A stretch of 64,000 bases of DNA, taken from positions 34,245 to 98,244 of the forward strand of contig PDIP01000025.1 in assembly GCA_002811645.1 (NCBI GenBank), in the 5' to 3' direction. Shown piece after piece: positions 32,666 through 41,839 of the stretch. The DNA comes from Corallochytrium limacisporum Hawaii (Eukaryota; Protista; Pluriformea). Position numbers and translations under genes: made by a program. Positions within the stretch are counted from its first letter, which is position 1, and every line of letters starts with the position of its first letter. The notes under the pieces were generated by a model that saw nothing but the letters and a program-made list of their open reading frames with translations, did no database searches and was not told where the DNA came from.

Positions 32666-34363
32666 ATGCCGACGATTTTTAATGCGAATGTTGGCCTCTT
32701 AGGGCACATCGACTCCGGAAAGACAACCATTGCAAAAGCTTTGAGTGCAGTTGCTTCCACTGCATCGTTTGATAAAAATCCACAAAGTCAAGAGAGAGGA
32801 ATTACATTGGACTTAGGTTTTAGTTCCTTTGATCTTCCGTCAGTGCCAGAGAAGCATGAAGAAGCTGGCTATGAAAAGATTCAGATTACTTTGGTTGACT
32901 GTCCAGGACATGCACAACTGATCAAGACCATCATTGGGGGTGCTTCGATTATCGATTTAATGGTGCTTGTCGTAGACGCACAAAAAGGATTCCAGACGCA
33001 AACGGCCGAGTGTTTGGTTATTGGTGAGATCACCGCTGATGTTCTCATCGTTGCCTTGAACAAAGTGGACGCTTTCCCTGAGGGAAAGCGCCCTGCATCT
33101 GTGGAAAGGGTAACGAAAAAGATACGAAAAACATTGGAATCCACCAAGTTCAAAGATGCAACTATTGTGCCGCTGAGTGCATCGAAAGCTGTGCAAGTCA
33201 AGGCAGGACAAGAAGAAGATGACGGTTCACTCTTCGGCCTACAGAACCTTATCCAAGCAATCTTGAACCAGCTGCCTCCACCACAGCGAGATGAAAGTGG
33301 CCCATTCATCATGGCAGTTGATCATTGCTTCCAAATCAAAGGTCAGGGCACTGTTGCAACTGGCACGGTAACGTCAGGATCGGTATCTGTAGGTGACACA
33401 GTGGCTATTCCAGAGCATAGTCTGGAACGGAAAGTGAAGTCCATGCAGCGGTTTAAGAAGCCGGTTGAAAAGGCCATTCAAGGTGATCGCATTGGCCTTT
33501 GTGTCACTAATTTCGACGCCAAGAAGATGGAACGGGGCCTTATCTGCGAGCCTCAGAGTGTACGACAAGCTCATGGTATCATCATAAAGGTTTGCAAAGT
33601 CCGGTTTTTCAAAGACGATTGCGCGACAAACTCGCAGATTCATATATCTATGGGTCATACAACTGTGATCGGCAAGGTCGTGTTCTTTGCTCTGCCAAAA
33701 GCAGATTCCGAAGCGAAACTAGACATAGCAAAGATGAATCTCAATGGCAAGCAGGCAACTATCGACCAAAGCAAAGAGTATGCATGGCTGCCAGCACTGA
33801 TCGGTGAGAACGAGGATCAAACAGGTGACGGAGGTGAGAGGGTAGGATTCGACGAGAGCTCCACAGCCCGCATTCCCATCGTGGACACCAGAGAGCAATA
33901 TGCATTAGTTGAATTTCAGCATCCAGTGATTGTACTTCCAGGACTCTTTGTGATTGGGAGCCGTCTGGACTATGATATTGAGTCTCATCGATGCCGATTG
34001 GCATTCTACGGTACTATCTGCCACTCGTATACATCTCCCAAATGGAAGGAGGTAGAACTACAGAAACTGAAAGTGTTCAAAGACAAGCGGCGGAGTGGAC
34101 AGGTTCATCGCATGAAGAATGAGCGTGAAATTATTGTCCAGGACTTATTCACCAAGGAGAGTAATCTGGACCGGTTCGTGAACCGCAATGTTATCCTCGA
34201 CACAGGAGAAGTGGGCACGATATCCGGAGGATTCGGTAAGAGCGGAAAAATCAATGTTGACCTCAAAGTAGACTTGACAGCGGAAGCACAGAAGAAGATC
34301 AAAGCCAAGCGAAAGCTCGAAGTGCACATGGACACCAGGAAGTACATGTTTCACAGGCCGTAG
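32666..34363 (+). CDS. EEFSEC: Selenocysteine-specific elongation factor eEFSec
   Basis: NVGLLGHIDSGKT, STASFDKNPQSQERGITLDLGFSSF, TLVDCPGHAQLIKTIIGGA, QTQTAECLVIG, NKVD, VDHCFQIKGQGTV, CRLAFYG, FGKSGK. Confidence 0.98.
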   Translation: MPTIFNANVGLLGHIDSGKTTIAKALSAVASTASFDKNPQSQERGITLDLGFSSFDLPSVPEKHEEAGYEKIQITLVDCPGHAQLIKTIIGGASIIDLMVLVVDAQKGFQTQTAECLVIGEITADVLIVALNKVDAFPEGKRPASVERVTKKIRKTLESTKFKDATIVPLSASKAVQVKAGQEEDDGSLFGLQNLIQAILNQLPPPQRDESGPFIMAVDHCFQIKGQGTVATGTVTSGSVSVGDTVAIPEHSLERKVKSMQRFKKPVEKAIQGDRIGLCVTNFDAKKMERGLICEPQSVRQAHGIIIKVCKVRFFKDDCATNSQIHISMGHTTVIGKVVFFALPKADSEAKLDIAKMNLNGKQATIDQSKEYAWLPALIGENEDQTGDGGERVGFDESSTARIPIVDTREQYALVEFQHPVIVLPGLFVIGSRLDYDIESHRCRLAFYGTICHSYTSPKWKEVELQKLKVFKDKRRSGQVHRMKNEREIIVQDLFTKESNLDRFVNRNVILDTGEVGTISGGFGKSGKINVDLKVDLTAEAQKKIKAKRKLEVHMDTRKYMFHRP

Positions 34364-34400
34364 GTGGCTTCTTTGTATCGTAGCATTACAATTGTATTAC

Positions 34401-37106
34401 TTATCCGGCACTGGCTCCAGATCGGAAATCCGTTTTCGTCACGGGGCACACACTTATGTCTTTGCTGCATCCCTTGTGGACGAGAGTCCCATTTGGATAC
34501 CTTAGAATCGGGCCATCCCGAAGGGCCCGATGGCACAGGTCGCATGCACGCATATCAGAAACGTACTCCATCGTAGTACCAAGCCTGTATGCTCTCATGC
34601 CACTTTGTTGAGCCTCACCTTCAAGCAGCTTGCGTTGCACTTGATTCTGGCGCTCCAGTGAGGTTTGTGCAGTCCACACCTGGTTGAGGTAGTCACTAAT
34701 CATGAATAAGGACCATTCTCCTGGTAGCTTCTCCAGAACCTCGTCGACTTCGAACGCTCCTGAGTTTCGCCCCAACACTTGCTTGATGCCTTCAGCATTG
34801 GCCACTGGATCTTCCAGAAGAACAGTTAGTAAAACATTGAGATTGTGCTGTTTGCTGTCGGAGTCGATCCTGCACAGCTCCTCAGCCATCTGCCAGTCAC
34901 CTCCCCCAGCTACTATAGTTCTGAACGCCTTCTCGAACTCTCCAACTTGCCACAAAACATAAGCCTTTTCGGCATGCAGATCCGTTCCCTCTATAAGAGC
35001 CAAAATTTTGTCCAGCTTGTACAGCTTTGAAGTCCTAATAAGTGCGGTCAGTTGCTTCTTATATGGACACTGCCCTGGATCATGCGTGCAGTCATGGGCG
35101 CAATGATTAATGAGGAGTTCGGCGAGTTTGGTGTGCACAAAGGGTTCCTTGGAATCGTTCTCATCGACCGCATGCAACAAGTACAAGATCATGGCGTCTG
35201 CTCCAAAGTCTCCAAGGAAACGACAGATCTGCTTTTCTGTCAACCAATTCCGACCGCTGTCCGAATCGTTAACTAAGCCATCTTCATGCTCTTTTAGAAC
35301 GAGCAGATGCACTCCGAGTTCAACATTCCGCTGCAAGAACCACTCGCATAGAGACCAGTAGTCATCGTTTAGCGGCATTTCGGATACATACGGAAGCATG
35401 TACTCTGTCAAGTATTCAAATTCCTCCGACTCTGGACTCTGATCCTCGACCTGTTGCCACAGCGAGATTGCCCGAGGAAGGAAGCCACTGGCAATCATCA
35501 GTTGAGCAGCCGCTCTGTATCTTTCCATGCTCAATAATTTTTCGGTGCACCAACTTGCATCAATATTACGCACTTCAGAATCAAGAAAGTCCAATAACTG
35601 CGTGCGATTTGAACCCTCCTGTGCATAGATGATCACTAGGGCATGATTCAGGTCCGTGACTTCGTCATCATTTCGAGACTTCTTCCTTGCGCGATCCCGT
35701 GCACTCACGACCAACATTTCAAGGAGGGACTGGAATGCCGCTTTCCGCTCCTTCTCTGGGTTTTCTTCTTCAAGGATTTTCGCTCTGCGCTTCGTAAATG
35801 ACGAATCCGGCAGCGGCCTAAATCTTGTGTTTGTGTACAAAGGAAGGCCGAGAAAGGGGAAAAAGTTTCGGACGTCCACATCCTCAGCGTCCAATAGAAA
35901 AGTGATAGCCTCGTCGTACCTGTCGTTGTCGATTGCGTACATCCCGATCTTTGAAACTTCCATACAATACTGTTGCCGTTGGATGGGATCAAATTCTCCC
36001 GCATTATCCAACAACAAGGAACGTGCCAGTGTTTGCGCTTCAAGTAAATGTCCTTGATCTCTTACAGATTCGATCTGAATGCGAGCTGATTCTTGACTAA
36101 TCATGTACACATTACGGTTGGTAACCAAGAGATCGAGCCGGTCAGCAGACGGCAACATGAGCGATGGCCTTGACACAGACAGGGTTTGAACCACCCTCTT
36201 ATCGGCCAAATTGATAATTTTCACCCCTCCATCATCAGGATATGACGCGTATAAGTATGGGTGCACATATATCAAAGATCGAGGACTGTGTGCAAACGCT
36301 ATGTTTAGGAGCAGGCGACCTTGATCGTTGACATTCACCAAAAGCTCTTCCTTGTGCTCAGTGTCGTCATATTTCTTTCTGCAACGGAAGAGGTACTCTC
36401 GGCGTGGTCCGAGGAAAGCGCAATGTCCGGCGAAGTCTTTGATGGGCTTATAGTCCACTAGTATCTTGTTAACCACTCCGGTTTCTGTGCGCACAATGTA
36501 GAATGCAGTTGAGGAAACCATAGCAATCTCTTTGTCCCTTCTAACCATATCAATAGGTGTGTCTGGTAAACTAAATTCTCCGTGGTTCACAAGCTGATCT
36601 GCTGTCAGGGTGTAGTTCGTACACGTTTTTTTCCGTACCACGCTGAATTGCAAGCCATCAGAGTATCTAATTGAAGTACCGGCATCACGACGAACAAGAT
36701 TAACACCTTTTAACACATTGGAAGTCAGTCCACTCAGTTCTACTTGGAGTGTGTACATGTTCAAGACAAATATGTGGTTGTTGCACAGTACAACGCATCG
36801 CCCTGTGTTGGCTTGCATCAGTACATCAGAGACAGGATGTACCTTTTTACTGCCTTCCGGCAGCAGAGATTGAGATATGACTTCTTGACATCGATAATTT
36901 ATGGTTTTCTCAGCTCTCGGTGACAAAGAAGAGTCGTCCTCATCAGTATGTCCTAGATCTTCCTGCAGCATTATGTACGATACTTTGCCGTCCGCCCAAC
37001 CAGCAACTACGTTTTCCCCATCCTTATCCACAGCGGTGATCCTTGAAGAAGATCCCAGTCCATGCACTATCAGATGTGTGCGACAGACTCGAAGTGAATA
37101 GCCCAT
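34401..37106 (-). CDS. TGFBRAP1: TGFBRAP1/Vps3 (Vps39-family) tethering-complex subunit
   Basis: N-terminal CNH-like propeller, alpha-solenoid with HTKLAELL and clathrin-like repeat, EVLEKLPGEWSL, C-terminal CDLC...RYPNG..VH..C...CPVT zinc finger. Vps39 itself is not excluded. Confidence 0.8.
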   Translation of the reverse strand: MGYSLRVCRTHLIVHGLGSSSRITAVDKDGENVVAGWADGKVSYIMLQEDLGHTDEDDSSLSPRAEKTINYRCQEVISQSLLPEGSKKVHPVSDVLMQANTGRCVVLCNNHIFVLNMYTLQVELSGLTSNVLKGVNLVRRDAGTSIRYSDGLQFSVVRKKTCTNYTLTADQLVNHGEFSLPDTPIDMVRRDKEIAMVSSTAFYIVRTETGVVNKILVDYKPIKDFAGHCAFLGPRREYLFRCRKKYDDTEHKEELLVNVNDQGRLLLNIAFAHSPRSLIYVHPYLYASYPDDGGVKIINLADKRVVQTLSVSRPSLMLPSADRLDLLVTNRNVYMISQESARIQIESVRDQGHLLEAQTLARSLLLDNAGEFDPIQRQQYCMEVSKIGMYAIDNDRYDEAITFLLDAEDVDVRNFFPFLGLPLYTNTRFRPLPDSSFTKRRAKILEEENPEKERKAAFQSLLEMLVVSARDRARKKSRNDDEVTDLNHALVIIYAQEGSNRTQLLDFLDSEVRNIDASWCTEKLLSMERYRAAAQLMIASGFLPRAISLWQQVEDQSPESEEFEYLTEYMLPYVSEMPLNDDYWSLCEWFLQRNVELGVHLLVLKEHEDGLVNDSDSGRNWLTEKQICRFLGDFGADAMILYLLHAVDENDSKEPFVHTKLAELLINHCAHDCTHDPGQCPYKKQLTALIRTSKLYKLDKILALIEGTDLHAEKAYVLWQVGEFEKAFRTIVAGGGDWQMAEELCRIDSDSKQHNLNVLLTVLLEDPVANAEGIKQVLGRNSGAFEVDEVLEKLPGEWSLFMISDYLNQVWTAQTSLERQNQVQRKLLEGEAQQSGMRAYRLGTTMEYVSDMRACDLCHRALRDGPILRYPNGTLVHKGCSKDISVCPVTKTDFRSGASAG

Positions 37107-37369
37107 GACTGTATGTAATATAAGGGTCTGATCACTACATATTCATTGTTGGCCTTGGGCCCAATCGTCGAACTAAAACACTTGCCCCATAGCGCAACTC
37201 CATTTTCGCATACGACAACACATCTATTCGACTTCACATCATACCACCCTACTAAGAGCTCTTGTACACTGTAGCGCCATAACCGCGTCTCTCAACTACG
37301 TTTCATTGTTTGATGTTTTCATTCATTTTCATCGTATCCGATGGGGCCGGCCTTTCCTGCGCAGCCGAT

Positions 37370-37419
37370 CCGCACCCACCCCCTCGAACAGACCCCGGGC
37401 GTCGAAAGGGTGGGGGCGG
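37370..37419. promoter_or_regulatory. GC-rich imperfect palindrome at the centre of the divergent TGFBRAP1/FLCN spacer
   Basis: ccgc-a-cccaccc-cc-tcga [14-nt loop] tcga-aa-gggtggg-g-gcgg; centre about 37395 versus start-codon midpoint about 37400. Confidence 0.4.
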
Positions 37420-37692
37420 GAAGGCTCATGCCAGGGTTGAGGTCGTCAGGGTCGTGGTCTTCTTTGTCGTGGATGGCTATTTCAAGTCAGACCTCGCTCA
37501 ATAAGCGATTGTCAATATCGTGTAATGGAGCAAGCTTATTGAAAACCAGTGAAGAAGCCGCAATTTCAATTTGGGGTTCGAGCAAACGAAGTCATGGTGT
37601 TTCCGTAAACATTCATGTGGGCCCTCTGTGCCACATGATCCTCGGTTTTGGTATCATATTCCATGTGATAAGGGGAGAAGAAATAGGTCGCA

Positions 37693-39669
37693 ATGAACGC
37701 CATTGTATCTTTGAACCATTTTTGTGACCTGCATGGTCCCAGTGTCATCTTCTGCACCCAAGCATTTCATGCAAGAAAGGAAGAGGAAAGTGACGATGAA
37801 AGCGAGTCGGATGAAGAAATTGAGTCAATGGAAGACGGTGATGGTGGCGACTCTACGGTTTCGTACAACCCTTCAACAGCGTCTAAAGCATCACGAGCAT
37901 CTCGGTTAAGAGGTTACTATAACGAAGCCAGGCGTCGGGAGTACTCACCGACAGCGAGTGAAGCAGGTGGAGTAAGTCAATATGTCACAGAGAAATTCAA
38001 GAGCTCCGCCACGGTGTGCAATGCTTGCAGTTCTGTTGGTCCATTTTATAAGCCCCAGTCAACAACAAGATTACATGATGAGGAGGCAAGTGATGAGCCC
38101 AAAGCCGCTGAATCAGAAAAGGACAAGGAAGATGATGTTGACGGGTACGTGAGCAGCGACCACAAGCTCAAAGTTTCATACGTGTCAACGCACTATCCGG
38201 ACAATGCAAAGCTTTACAGCGTACTGAGGCAAGCCTGTGTACGATCTCTAAGCTGTGAGGTAACGCCAGGTCGAGAAGGACCTGTCATGTTTGGTGACCA
38301 CCGCAATGGGTATTGTGTGAGTTATACTTTCCATCTTGCAGACACTCAAGCGCGTGGGCACCAGCGGTTTTGGAGCATTGTGTTTCTCATGACTGACAAA
38401 ACATATTTGGCCAACTCCTGGCCTTTTCTTTGCAATAACATGGCTTTCGTAGTCACTAAACTGCAGGCCATGGCCAAGGCTATCTATGATAAGGAGAAGA
38501 AGAAGCAATCAGGGCCTCAGCTGGGAAGCAACAGAGTCGGCCTTCTAGGAGATCGATTCATGCGTATGCGCACAACTCACTCATTCAGAGGATTAGCACA
38601 GCTATTGGAGCAGCCCCACATCTGGCGAGAGATTCATCTCGCATTTTGCTGGATTCTTTCCGGATGTAGTATTCGACTGGTTGAGAAACAGTTGGAGGGC
38701 GAGGCAATGTTGGCTACGCCTTCAAATGCGGCATACTTGTACAAAGAAGAGAAGGAAGAACAGAGGGAAGACGAGGAAGGAGTATTGTCACCTATGAAGA
38801 TGCCCTTGGATGTGACCTTCAGCAACGTCAGTTTGTTTTCAATTGAGAATAGTGCAGCCAACGTGTCTACCGTCTCTTCTGTAAAGTCAAATGGCAGTCA
38901 GTCTGGAGGCCACAATTCACTGATCGGCTTGCGCATGCTTCTGGGAGCACAGCTGTTTGGTCAGCTTGTGTACGGCGTGGTTGCGGGCAATCAAATTGTC
39001 GTACGTGGTCCTGAAAGTGTTACTTCTGCCATGGTCAAGGTTGTAAGCGTCCTTCTACCTGCGCGCCACATATCATCCGTTGCAGTCTATGACGATCAGT
39101 ATCGGCCAATTTGGGAATGCCCTGTGCTGGGTCTGGAACCATCCTGTGAGATTCCCTCAGATGTTGACCGTAAGACAATGTTGTTAATCGACATTGCGGA
39201 AAAGCCTCAGGCGAGCCAACGCTCAGTGTTTTCAGACTCTGGATGCTCCAGCAATGATGTGCGCAGTGGCTGTGCGGAAGGCGGTATTACGCCTGGAAGT
39301 GGTAGCAGCAACAGATACTACGGAGTGACGCTAAGTACAGATTTAAGACGATTCCCAACAAACACATGGTTGGCATCTCGAATCTGTGAAATCTTCGATG
39401 CAGCTGCAAAGTCTTGCAACCCAACAGAAACCAACCTTTCAGAGGAACGTGTCATCCTTGCGCAGATAACTGCATTGAAAGAAGAATGGATGACAATGGT
39501 AAAGGCTTTCTTCACGTGGAGCAGGAGTGTGACGGAACGAAAGAGCAGGCTCAATATCAAACAGTTCCTTGTGATTTTTCAATTGCAGGACACGGACGTT
39601 CCAATTCTGCAGTTCTGGACATCAGGCATTGCGCGCAGCGCACGACTGCGCCTCATGAAGGGTGATTAA
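37693..39669 (+). CDS. FLCN: Folliculin (longin + DENN)
   Basis: MNAIVSLNHFCDLHGPSVIFCTQ, CNAC, LRQACVRSLSCEVTPGREGPVMFGD, ARGHQRFWSI, YLANSWPFL, GNQIVVRG, ILQFWTSG. Confidence 0.97.
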   Translation: MNAIVSLNHFCDLHGPSVIFCTQAFHARKEEESDDESESDEEIESMEDGDGGDSTVSYNPSTASKASRASRLRGYYNEARRREYSPTASEAGGVSQYVTEKFKSSATVCNACSSVGPFYKPQSTTRLHDEEASDEPKAAESEKDKEDDVDGYVSSDHKLKVSYVSTHYPDNAKLYSVLRQACVRSLSCEVTPGREGPVMFGDHRNGYCVSYTFHLADTQARGHQRFWSIVFLMTDKTYLANSWPFLCNNMAFVVTKLQAMAKAIYDKEKKKQSGPQLGSNRVGLLGDRFMRMRTTHSFRGLAQLLEQPHIWREIHLAFCWILSGCSIRLVEKQLEGEAMLATPSNAAYLYKEEKEEQREDEEGVLSPMKMPLDVTFSNVSLFSIENSAANVSTVSSVKSNGSQSGGHNSLIGLRMLLGAQLFGQLVYGVVAGNQIVVRGPESVTSAMVKVVSVLLPARHISSVAVYDDQYRPIWECPVLGLEPSCEIPSDVDRKTMLLIDIAEKPQASQRSVFSDSGCSSNDVRSGCAEGGITPGSGSSNRYYGVTLSTDLRRFPTNTWLASRICEIFDAAAKSCNPTETNLSEERVILAQITALKEEWMTMVKAFFTWSRSVTERKSRLNIKQFLVIFQLQDTDVPILQFWTSGIARSARLRLMKGD

Positions 39670-39694
39670 AGTGTGTGGCAGACGTGTAGATTTA

Positions 39695-41482
39695 TTACAT
39701 TGCTTTGGTGAACTGTTGAATGAATGAGCTACCATTGATAATGCCAGTGGTGCCGATCAGATATTCAGCAGCGGGCGTTTCATTCTGGGCCAAGAATCGC
39801 AGAGCAGCAATTTCTGTGAAGGTGCACCCGCCCAGGAAAAAGACAAAATGCATGCTGGGTTGTGATTTCTCTGAATCATTCAGCTGTAGGCGCATTTGTA
39901 CATTAGGGGGCAGGTTCTGAGTGGTGCGGAAGAACCCACCTGGGAGCATGTTTTCAATTTGGTCGACATTGCGCAAATCCCCTTTACGAGAGATCGCCTC
40001 GACCAGGCGCACAGACAATGGGGCGTATCCACTGTGTACATAACTGATGTCATCAGGGTCCATTTCGTCAATGTCGTCGTTGATCAAGCGCAGCATTTTC
40101 CGCAGGTGAGGATACGCAGGCTTCCCGGAGTACTCTCTGAAAAGGTTAGCCGATGCCAGGTTGTCCAAGGTAACGATATGCTTGACTCCGTATGTATGCA
40201 CAATCTCACGACAGTAGTGAGTGTACTGATCGCTTCTCAGCCCACCGGAGGTGATGCTCCACAAACAAAGAAGGCGCAAAACAATTGGAAGCTTCATTTC
40301 TCTGGCAATGGCGGTGTCGATAAAGTCCTTGATCTGCGACGTGTCCCCGTTGCATAAAATGTTTTGCTCACAATTGAGAATGTTGTTAAAATCCTTTTCA
40401 GACGCAATGCGTAAGATCTCTTCTGCAATAGCTGTGTGGATGCTCAAGCTTTGATGTTGCTGCTGCAGCCCACTGAGTTGGCCCACAAAATTTTTCATCT
40501 CCTTGACAGTCTTCACATCGTGCCTCTCATCGTACTTTGCAGACATCGCCTTTGCTTTCTTGTGCAGCATGGGACCCACCTTGGCAAAACTGAGGTCTCG
40601 AATGTCCTTGAACAGCATGTCCTGTGATGAAAGCTGTACCTTTGTCTTCTTACTGCCCTGTCCCGCCGGCTGCATTGCACGTGGGCCTGTTTGGGGCTTG
40701 TGGAAAGCGACATATCCATTCTCGATCCCAAGGACTTCGTCGATCAGACCTTCATGGGTCAACTGAGTGCAGAGGGGTGTAATGAGATCGATGCCTCTAT
40801 CAATAAGCACCAAGCGACCGATCTTGGGGCTGATGAGTGGATCAAATTTGGTGGCCTCCTTTCGCATTCGAAGACACATCTCTGCGGTAATTCGAGAGTT
40901 GTGCCCAAACCCTATGATCTCGGGAATGATTCCCATTATGCTTTGTACCTTCATGATAGCTCGGGCACTTGCATACATTTGGTCACTTTCTCCCAGAATT
41001 TGTGTGTTGTAAAAGGCGCTGTGCAGTTCTAGACTAATAACATCATTTTCGTATGGCACAGCATCAAGTGCCAGCTCCATGACGTGGACCTCCGAGAGGA
41101 CATTCTCTGCCTCCATGATTTCATTGCATAGTTGAACCTTGCGCGGTGTCAGAAGCAAGTAATGATTGGACGGCTCGGGACGAGCTCTCAAGAATCGCAC
41201 ATGTTGGCACACTTTCAAGAAATTACTAGACTTCGGCCTCATGATATACACAACGTTCTCCACATCCTCCCCGATTTCGGCATCGCTTAGAGACTTGAGA
41301 CTGGCCACCCCGAGTTCCCGAAGGAACGGCCAGTCTGTGACAAAGCCGATGAAACCAATAATCGAGTCCTCAACTACGAGACATTTCCTTTTGTCGCGTC
41401 CGATGTCACTCATAACTTCGGTCAGTTTCTGCCGGGCCTCTTTGGTGAGGACTCCTGAAAGTCTTTGCATCTCCCCAGACAT
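39695..41482 (-). CDS. VPS33: Vps33 (Sec1/Munc18-family HOPS/CORVET subunit)
   Basis: DVISLE, LIDRGIDLITPLCTQLTHEGLIDE, DISYVHSGYAPLSVRLVE, FVFFLGGCTFTEIAALRFL, TTGIING. Confidence 0.97.
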   Translation of the reverse strand: MSGEMQRLSGVLTKEARQKLTEVMSDIGRDKRKCLVVEDSIIGFIGFVTDWPFLRELGVASLKSLSDAEIGEDVENVVYIMRPKSSNFLKVCQHVRFLRARPEPSNHYLLLTPRKVQLCNEIMEAENVLSEVHVMELALDAVPYENDVISLELHSAFYNTQILGESDQMYASARAIMKVQSIMGIIPEIIGFGHNSRITAEMCLRMRKEATKFDPLISPKIGRLVLIDRGIDLITPLCTQLTHEGLIDEVLGIENGYVAFHKPQTGPRAMQPAGQGSKKTKVQLSSQDMLFKDIRDLSFAKVGPMLHKKAKAMSAKYDERHDVKTVKEMKNFVGQLSGLQQQHQSLSIHTAIAEEILRIASEKDFNNILNCEQNILCNGDTSQIKDFIDTAIAREMKLPIVLRLLCLWSITSGGLRSDQYTHYCREIVHTYGVKHIVTLDNLASANLFREYSGKPAYPHLRKMLRLINDDIDEMDPDDISYVHSGYAPLSVRLVEAISRKGDLRNVDQIENMLPGGFFRTTQNLPPNVQMRLQLNDSEKSQPSMHFVFFLGGCTFTEIAALRFLAQNETPAAEYLIGTTGIINGSSFIQQFTKAM

Positions 41483-41839
41483 TTTAGCTGGACCTTGCGA
41501 CCTGACTTGTTCGGACCTCTACTACAATATGTCTCGACTAAAATTTACTGTAATCGCTACATCGTTCGCATCATCACACCGACTTAGGGTCAATGTTGTC
41601 AAGATAGATCAATCCTCAGTGATTGAGCTGGTCGTGTTGTGTGTATCAGTATGCCTGTTCTAAAGTACCACAATTTGGCCCGTTAAGCCGGGAATATTAC
41701 TGGTAGAAATTGTATGCCAATTTCAAATACAGACGTAAGCTTCCATACACCCACTATTGAAAATCACATCTTTAGGCCAGTCAATATGGACCGCAGCTGC
41801 ATTAATTTGTTGTATTTGGAAATGCGGCCCCCCCCCCTT

